Source: Clostridia bacterium
GTDB taxonomy: Bacteria > Bacillota > Clostridia > RGIG8785
Assembly: GCA_045655245.1 (NCBI GenBank)
Contig: JAZOOX010000022.1
Location: 13,292-45,291 of the forward strand
Direction of reading: 5' to 3'
DNA: 32,000 bases
Below, one piece after another: positions 26,714-32,000 of this stretch; positions within the stretch are counted from its first letter, which is position 1; every line of letters begins with the position of its first letter. The translations under genes and the position numbers were made by a program. The notes beneath the pieces are model-generated. The model saw only the letters and a list, made by a program, of their open reading frames with translations, ran no database searches and was not told the origin of the DNA.

Positions 26714-27747
26714 AAGATAACCCCTTCCTCACTCTCGACGGTCTTGCCCAGGATATAAGCATCTTCGCCGTGAGCGCGGAGGATCTCGAGGGCTTTATCG
26801 GCATCCTCGGGAGCAACGGTGACCACCATACCGACACCCATATTGAAGGTGTTGTACATATCCCGCTCGGGGATGTCACCGCATTTTGCCAGGTAATCAA
26901 AAATCGGCAGAACGCGAACGTCAGATTTTTTGATTTCAGCGGCAATGCCCTTGGGCAGTGCGCGCGGGATGTTCTCGTAAAAACCGCCGCCGGTGATATG
27001 GGAAACGGCTTTGACGGAAACAGCATCGAAGAGCGCCAACATCGGCTTAACATAAATCTTGGTGGGGGTCAGTAAAGTCTCGCCCAAAGACTTGCCGCCC
27101 AGTTCTGCAACGGGGGCTTTTAAGTCGGCGTTTTCCACATCAAAGACCTTACGCACCAGCGAGAAGCCGTTAGAGTGTACACCCGACGAAGGCAGGGCAA
27201 TCAGCACATCCCCTGCTTTGATGGTGTTGCGGTCGGGGACTTTATTGCCGTCTGCCATACCCACGGCAAAACCTGCCAGATCGTACTCGTCTACGGGATA
27301 AAAGCCGGGCATTTCAGCCGTTTCACCGCCGATTAATGCGGCGCCCGACTGCAGACAACCCTCTGCTACGCCCGAAACGATGTCGGCGATTTTTTCGGGA
27401 ATGTTCTTGCCGCAGGCAATGTAGTCCAGGAAGAACAAGGGCTTTGCGCCGCAGCAGATGATATCATTGACACACATGGCAACACAGTCGATGCCCACGG
27501 TGTCGTGCTTGTCCATTAAGAATGCCATTTTCAGTTTGGTGCCTACGCCGTCAGTACCGCTGACCAGTACGGGACGGGTAATGCCGGAAAGGTCGGGCTC
27601 GAACACGCCGCCGAAGCCGCCGATGTCGGTAATCGCGCCCGGGGTCATGGTCTTTTGTACCGATGCCTTCATCAGTTCAACGGCACGGTAACCCGCGGTA
27701 ATGTCTACGCCTGCTTTTGCATAGCTTTCAGATTTCGAATGGTTCAT
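26707..27747 (-). CDS. purM: phosphoribosylformylglycinamidine cyclo-ligase (AIR synthase)
   Basis: Contains [18 protein letters not shown] and GGETAEMPG. Confidence 0.95.
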   Translation of the reverse strand: MNHSKSESYAKAGVDITAGYRAVELMKASVQKTMTPGAITDIGGFGGVFEPDLSGITRPVLVSGTDGVGTKLKMAFLMDKHDTVGIDCVAMCVNDIICCGAKPLFFLDYIACGKNIPEKIADIVSGVAEGCLQSGAALIGGETAEMPGFYPVDEYDLAGFAVGMADGNKVPDRNTIKAGDVLIALPSSGVHSNGFSLVRKVFDVENADLKAPVAELGGKSLGETLLTPTKIYVKPMLALFDAVSVKAVSHITGGGFYENIPRALPKGIAAEIKKSDVRVLPIFDYLAKCGDIPERDMYNTFNMGVGMVVTVAPEDADKALEILRAHGEDAYILGKTVESEEGVILC

Positions 27748-27750
27748 TTT

Positions 27751-29172
27751 TTACTCCTTTCCGCTCCAGCAATAGGTACAAATCTTGCAGGAGTCCAGGC
27801 CGATGGCCTTAATTAAGTTGGGTAATGATTGGTATTCTAACGAGGTCAGATGCAATTGCTTGGCAATGGTCTCACGCAGGCAACGACCCCGTTCGCACTT
27901 GGGGTCTGCATACTCGGCAATGTGCTTTTCGCCTTCGGGACCTTCCAGATCCAGGATGGTACGGCGGGCGATCAGGTCGTTATCCGAGGTGTTGCGAGAG
28001 AAATTCAAATATTTACAGCCGTACATAATGGGCGGACAAGCAGAACGCATATGCAGTTCCTTTGCACCATACTCCCGTAAGAGGTCGGCCGTTTCACCAA
28101 GTTGGGTACCGCGAACGATACTGTCGTCCACGAAAAGAAGTTTTTGGTCGTGAATGAGTTCGCGGACTAGAATTTGTTTCATCCGTGCCACCTGGTTGCG
28201 CACCGATTGTTGGGTGGGCATGAAACTGCGGGGCCAGGTGGGGGTGTATTTGATAAAGGCACGGGCGAAAGGCAGGTGGCTTTCGTTGGCGTAGCCGTTG
28301 GCGTTGGGTACGCCCGAATCGGGAACACCGCAAACATAATCCAGATTTTGTGCCAGGCCCAGTTCACGGTCCTGTTGTGCCAAAAGCGCACCGTCGCGGT
28401 AGCGCATCTGCTCCACATTGACGCCTTCGTAAGTGGCGTTGGGATAGCCGTAGTAGGTCCACAAAAAACCACAGATCTTCATCTGTTCTCGGGCGGGCAT
28501 CAGCACATCGAACCCGTCCGGGGTCAGCTTCACGATTTCGCCGGGGCCCAGTTCCTTCACCATTTCATAGTCCAGTTTTTGGTAAGCAAAGGGCTCGAAG
28601 GACACGCACATGGAACCTTCCTTTTTCCCCAGACTGATGGGGAGTCTGCCCATCAAGTCACGGGCGGCGATGATTTCACCCTGTTCGGTCAAAATCAGAA
28701 GGGACATCGAACCTTCGATCTGCTCTTGCACCCGGCGAATGCCTTCGGCAAAACTGTCGTATTGGTTGATCATTGCCGCTACCAGTTCGCTGGTATTAAT
28801 GCGGCCGTTATCCAACATCGAGAAGTGTCCGCCGTTTTTATTGATGCAGGCACGGGTCAGTTCTTCCAGGTTACTGACGCGACCGACTGTGGTAATGGCG
28901 TAGGTCCCCCAGTGAGAACGGATCAGAACGGGCTGGGGATCGGTATCGCTGATACAACCGATACCCGCAGTGCCTTCCAATTCAGGCAAATCAGGCTCGA
29001 ACTTGGTCCGAAAGGGGGTGTTTTGAATGTTATGGATACTGCGAGAGAATTGTCCCTTTCCGAACGTTGCCATACCACCGCAAATGGTGCCCAAATGCGA
29101 GTGATAGTCAACGCCAAAAAAGACGTCTAAAGAGCAGTCTTTTTTAGAAACTGCACCGAAAAATCCACCCAT
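27751..29172 (-). CDS. purF: amidophosphoribosyltransferase-like protein with a degenerate Ntn-glutaminase site
   Basis: The PRTase core LLFVDDSIVRGTQ and Cys residues at positions of the B. subtilis-type Fe-S ligands are present. The N-terminus is MGGFFGAV rather than MCG(I/V)xG. GGAGG lies 6 nt upstream of the ATG. Confidence 0.85.
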   Translation of the reverse strand: MGGFFGAVSKKDCSLDVFFGVDYHSHLGTICGGMATFGKGQFSRSIHNIQNTPFRTKFEPDLPELEGTAGIGCISDTDPQPVLIRSHWGTYAITTVGRVSNLEELTRACINKNGGHFSMLDNGRINTSELVAAMINQYDSFAEGIRRVQEQIEGSMSLLILTEQGEIIAARDLMGRLPISLGKKEGSMCVSFEPFAYQKLDYEMVKELGPGEIVKLTPDGFDVLMPAREQMKICGFLWTYYGYPNATYEGVNVEQMRYRDGALLAQQDRELGLAQNLDYVCGVPDSGVPNANGYANESHLPFARAFIKYTPTWPRSFMPTQQSVRNQVARMKQILVRELIHDQKLLFVDDSIVRGTQLGETADLLREYGAKELHMRSACPPIMYGCKYLNFSRNTSDNDLIARRTILDLEGPEGEKHIAEYADPKCERGRCLRETIAKQLHLTSLEYQSLPNLIKAIGLDSCKICTYCWSGKE

Positions 29173-29244
29173 ATTATGCCTCCGATAGTATAGTAAGAAA
29201 TGACGGTAGCAGAGCGGGGTGCTCTGCTACCAAAAAGTATTGAA

Positions 29245-29925
29245 TTAGGCAAAAAACAGTTCGGACAGCGCCATCGGTTCGATATACTCGCCGTCTTTGT
29301 ACACACGCATATTGCCCGATGCGATTTCGTCAATCAAAATGACCTCGCCCTTATCGTCATAACCAAACTCGAATTTAATGTCATACAGTTCCAGGCCGCG
29401 GGTCTGCAAATCCTCGGCAATGATGTCGGTAATCTTGCGGGTCATATCAGCAATGTCGTCATATTGTTTGTCGGTCATAACGCCTAATACGACCAGACCT
29501 TCTTTGGTTACCAGGGGGTCGCCCTTTTCGTCATTTTTAAAGGTCATTTCAACGTAGTTGGGCAGAACGTCATGCTCTTTGCAGTAGTCGGAATAGCGGC
29601 GCAAAAAGCTGCCCACCGCACGACGGCGACAGATGACTTCCAGGCCCTTGCCAAAAGGACGGGCAGGTAAAACGTCCATGGTGCAATCGTCCAGGTCTGC
29701 GGAAACGTAGTGGGTCTTGATGCCTGCAGCCTTTAATTTTTCGAAATAGTAGATGGACATCTTCAGGTTGACACGGCCAACGCCTTCGATGCTCAGACCA
29801 ACCGAGTTGGCACCGGGGTCGAATACGCCGTTTTCACCGGTCACATCGTCTTTAAACTTTAAACGGAAGGTTCCGTTCTCCAGATCATACACGTTTTTGG
29901 TTTTACCTACATAGACTTCTTTCAT
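29245..29925 (-). CDS. purC: phosphoribosylaminoimidazole-succinocarboxamide synthase
   Basis: YVGKTKNVY... and [13 protein letters not shown] are SAICAR synthase motifs. Length is 226 aa. Confidence 0.93.
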   Translation of the reverse strand: MKEVYVGKTKNVYDLENGTFRLKFKDDVTGENGVFDPGANSVGLSIEGVGRVNLKMSIYYFEKLKAAGIKTHYVSADLDDCTMDVLPARPFGKGLEVICRRRAVGSFLRRYSDYCKEHDVLPNYVEMTFKNDEKGDPLVTKEGLVVLGVMTDKQYDDIADMTRKITDIIAEDLQTRGLELYDIKFEFGYDDKGEVILIDEIASGNMRVYKDGEYIEPMALSELFFA

Positions 29926-29939
29926 GGGACAACACTCCT

Positions 29940-30425
29940 TTAATATTTTTCCGAAAGGTTCCGATCTTTTTCCAGGACGGCTTCGGCATCAGCTTTACGC
30001 AGTGCCGACAGCTTGTCCGCAAGTGCGGAATCTTCAACTGCCAAAATCTGTGCGGCAAGTAAAGCCGCATTCTTTGCACCATCGATGCCAACAGTGGCAA
30101 CAGGGATGCCGGGAGGCATCATCACGGTAGACAACAGTGCGTCCATCCCCTCCAGCTTAGAAGCAATGGGAATCCCGATGACGGGCAGGGTGGTATTGGC
30201 GGCAATGGCGCCTGCCAGGTGAGCTGCCATGCCTGCAGCAGCGATAATTACCCCAAAGCCACGCTCCCGTGCGTTGGCAGAAAAGTCATGGGCTTGTAAG
30301 GGGGTACGGTGTGCAGAGTAGATATGCACCTCATACGGGATTGCTAAATCTTTCAAGGTCAGGATGGCTTTTTCAACAACTTTTAAGTCGCTGTCGCTAC
30401 CCATTACGATACCAACTTTTTTCAT
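29940..30425 (-). CDS. purE: PurE (N5-CAIR mutase / AIR carboxylase family)
   Basis: [18 protein letters not shown] and [26 protein letters not shown]. Confidence 0.95.
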   Translation of the reverse strand: MKKVGIVMGSDSDLKVVEKAILTLKDLAIPYEVHIYSAHRTPLQAHDFSANARERGFGVIIAAAGMAAHLAGAIAANTTLPVIGIPIASKLEGMDALLSTVMMPPGIPVATVGIDGAKNAALLAAQILAVEDSALADKLSALRKADAEAVLEKDRNLSEKY

Positions 30426-30444
30426 GATTACACCTCAGTTTTTT

Positions 30445-30556
30445 AAAAAAGATAAGGGCAGTCCTATCCACAAAGGATAAGACTGCCCAGACGGTCGGCA
30501 TATAGGCTCTCTTTGCTCCCTTGTGGGTACTTCCACTCTTTCCGTCAGTCACAAAA
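30445..30556 (-). promoter_or_regulatory. ZTP (pfl-motif) riboswitch with overlapping intrinsic terminator
   Basis: The minus strand reads GUGACUGACGGAAAGAGUGGAAGUACCCACAAGGGAGC...GCCGACCGUCUGGGCAGUC. It contains the conserved UGACUGACGG and CCGACCGUCUGGGC elements of ZTP riboswitches. A terminator follows: GGGCAGTCCTATCC-acaaa-GGATAAGACTGCCC plus a T-run (30488-30445). The terminator's 5' arm reuses the GGGCAGUC of the aptamer. Confidence 0.88.
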
Positions 30557-30566
30557 AGACATTCAT

Positions 30567-30595
30567 ATTATAGCAAAAAAAGCGACCTTTGTCAA
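30567..30595 (-). promoter_or_regulatory. consensus sigma-70 promoter of the pur-fhs operon
   Basis: On the minus strand, TTGACA (30595-30590)-N17-TATAAT (30572-30567). The -35 overlaps the uppP stop codon. Confidence 0.8.
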
Positions 30596-31398
30596 CGAAA
30601 AACAAAATAAAGTAACACAAAAATTCCCAAAACGATGCGATACCATCCAAAAGCCTTAAAATCGTGTTTGCGGACGTAGCTGACCAGGAACTTGACAGCC
30701 GCCATGGAAACGGCGTAAGCGGTCACCATAGCGGTCAGAAGCAAACCCCATTCGGTGGCGGTCATTACATAGTCGTTGGTGATGATCTTCAAGAAGCTGA
30801 CCCCCACCATGACGGGGATCGCCAGGAAGAAGGAGAACTCGGCGGCAACCCCGCGGGAGCAGCCTACCAGCATGGCACCCAGAATGGTCGCGCCGGAACG
30901 GGAGGTGCCGGGGATGATAGACAGCACCTGAAACAGGCCGATCAGCAGGGCGGTCTTGTAGGTCATGCCGTTCATATCAGTGACCAGGGCGTTTTTGCCC
31001 TTTCGTTCCACGAACAGAAATGCCACGCCATAGACAATCAGCATGGCGCTGACCACCGTTGCAGTGGAAATGGCATCCATGGCATCGTTAAACAGCAACC
31101 CCAACACGGCGGCAGGGATGCAGGCAACGATGACCTTAAACCACATCTGCCAGGTGTCGGTTTTCTCTGATTTCGACTTTTTTAAGTCAAAGGGGTTGAG
31201 TTTTCTGAAATAAAGAGTGGCGATGGCTAAAATCGCACCCAGTTGGATCACATACAAAAAGATTTGGGAATTGAAAAAACTGTCAGCTCCGATGCCCATG
31301 AATTCGTTAACCAGAATCATGTGTCCCGTGGAGCTGATAGGCAACCACTCGGTGATGCCTTCAACAACCCCTAAAAAAATCGCCTTTATGTAGTCCAT
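30592..31398 (-). CDS. uppP: undecaprenyl-diphosphate phosphatase
   Basis: MDYIKAIFLGVVEGITEWLPISSTGHM and PGTSRSGATI are BacA/UppP signatures. Confidence 0.95.
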   Translation of the reverse strand: MDYIKAIFLGVVEGITEWLPISSTGHMILVNEFMGIGADSFFNSQIFLYVIQLGAILAIATLYFRKLNPFDLKKSKSEKTDTWQMWFKVIVACIPAAVLGLLFNDAMDAISTATVVSAMLIVYGVAFLFVERKGKNALVTDMNGMTYKTALLIGLFQVLSIIPGTSRSGATILGAMLVGCSRGVAAEFSFFLAIPVMVGVSFLKIITNDYVMTATEWGLLLTAMVTAYAVSMAAVKFLVSYVRKHDFKAFGWYRIVLGIFVLLYFVFR

Positions 31399-31400
31399 TT

Positions 31401-32000
31401 TTACCTCCCTTGAGCACGCAGATGCTCGGCATACGTTTCGGAAAAGATATGGGTTCCGTCGGCTTGGGCAAAGAAGAAATAGTCCTTGTCATCGCTGGGA
31501 TAGAGCGCGGCACGAATGGCACCCTCTCCCGGAACGGCAATGGGTCCGACAGGCAAGCCGGGGTTTTGGTAGGTGTTATAGGGCGAATCGATTTCGGTGT
31601 CTGCAAAGGACAGCACGGGTTTCCGCTCCTTTAGGATATACTGTACCGTGGCACAGGACTCCAAAAAAGGATACTGACTGCTCTTTAAACGATTGTGAAA
31701 GACCGAGGAAACATGCGCCTGTTCCGAAGCTTTGGCGGCTTCCCGCTCGATGATGGATGCCAAGGTAACCACCTGATAAGGAGTCATATCCAAGGCTTTT
31801 GCCCGGGCATCAAAATCGGCAGTCCAGACCTGGGCAAAACGGTCTACCATTCGGCGGAGCACCGAGTCGGCAGACTCCCCTACAAAGACTTCGTAAGTAT
31901 CGGGGAACAAAAAGCCTTCCAAACGATTCGTCCCCTCACCGATCCCCTTTAAAAAAGGATATGCCCTGTGGTCGAAGTCCAGTACCCCACGATCGAACTC
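31401..32000 (-). CDS. mltG: endolytic murein transglycosylase MltG (YceG-like), C-terminal part; the start is beyond the window end
   Basis: The frame is open to nt 32000. LEGFLFPDTYEV, ASIIEREA and YNTYQNPGLPVGPIAVPG are YceG/MltG motifs. The M at 31922 in the track is an internal TTG. Confidence 0.88.
   Translation of the reverse strand, partial: EFDRGVLDFDHRAYPFLKGIGEGTNRLEGFLFPDTYEVFVGESADSVLRRMVDRFAQVWTADFDARAKALDMTPYQVVTLASIIEREAAKASEQAHVSSVFHNRLKSSQYPFLESCATVQYILKERKPVLSFADTEIDSPYNTYQNPGLPVGPIAVPGEGAIRAALYPSDDKDYFFFAQADGTHIFSETYAEHLRAQGR

Noticed and set aside
28174-29130. A 318-aa ORF on the + strand antisense to purF. Similar long antisense ORFs occur at 2833-3486, 4670-5335, 10667-11146, 13917-14714, 17908-18453, 20484-21080, 25177-25674 and 30664-31170.
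   Set aside because: Each lies entirely inside a gene with strong family motifs on the opposite strand. None has a recognisable RBS or domain signature, and their composition is low-complexity (G/A/V/R-rich). This is the typical result of stop-poor antisense frames in GC-biased coding DNA.
29940-30425. purE is present but no purK is in the operon, which might indicate a class II, CO2-using PurE.
   Set aside because: I cannot assign the PurE class reliably from memory of diagnostic residues, because AAHLAG resembles the class I AAHLPG loop. purK could also be encoded elsewhere, so the window alone is insufficient.
30426-30595. I expected a purine (guanine/adenine) riboswitch or a PurR box upstream of purE.
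   Set aside because: The leader has no purine-riboswitch three-way-junction core that I can recognise. It matches the ZTP/pfl conserved elements instead (UGACUGACGG and CCGACCGUCUGGGC).
1-32000. I looked for CRISPR repeats, IS or transposase genes, integrases, phage genes, toxin-antitoxin pairs and tRNA or rRNA genes.
   Set aside because: I saw no periodic direct repeats, no terminal inverted repeats flanking ORFs, no recombinase-like ORFs and no tRNA-like cloverleaf regions. All intergenic spaces are accounted for by promoters, terminators or leader RNAs.

Overview
The window looks like a core chromosomal segment of an anaerobic Firmicute, probably Clostridia. Supporting signs are AGGAGG-type ribosome-binding sites, T-box, FMN and ZTP leader RNAs, rubredoxin, and Hdr/Mvh-type redox genes. 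I saw no rRNA, tRNA, CRISPR array or mobile element.

Gene content in order:
- 1-7361 (+): a tightly coupled eight-gene operon. It encodes an HdrA-like protein (3' part only), MvhD/FlxD, two paralogous HydB/AsrA-like Fe-S proteins, a HydG/AsrB-like NAD(P)H flavoprotein, an anchorless FrdB/FrdA-like pair and an AAE-family transporter.
- 7413-7934 (+): a monocistronic nitroreductase.
- 8014-11449 (-): a glmM-glmS operon with no glmS ribozyme. GlmM carries an in-frame N-terminal XRE-type HTH domain, and two GTCAA/TTGAC palindromes overlap the promoter.
- 11574-15385: an LCP protein, a CarD-family regulator, TspO, FMN-riboswitch-controlled ribU, mscL, and a 52-aa rubredoxin that is missing from the ORF track.
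- 15429-17505 (-): T-box-controlled thrS.
- 17536-30595 (-): a ten-gene operon, purE-purC-purF-purM-purN-purO-purH'-purD-purL-fhs, behind a ZTP (pfl) riboswitch.
- 30592-32000 (-): uppP and a partial mltG.

The two best candidates for undescribed biology:
- The Hdr/Flx-type module is fused at operon level to a soluble fumarate-reductase-like pair. I hypothesise a flavin-based electron-bifurcating NAD(P)H:fumarate/ferredoxin oxidoreductase.
- The HTH-GlmM fusion, with its operator-like palindromes, may replace ribozyme control of glmS.

The operon's PurF also has a degenerate glutaminase site (Cys1, Arg26 and Asn101 equivalents all replaced).

All calls come from reading the sequence and remembered family motifs. 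No database search was run.
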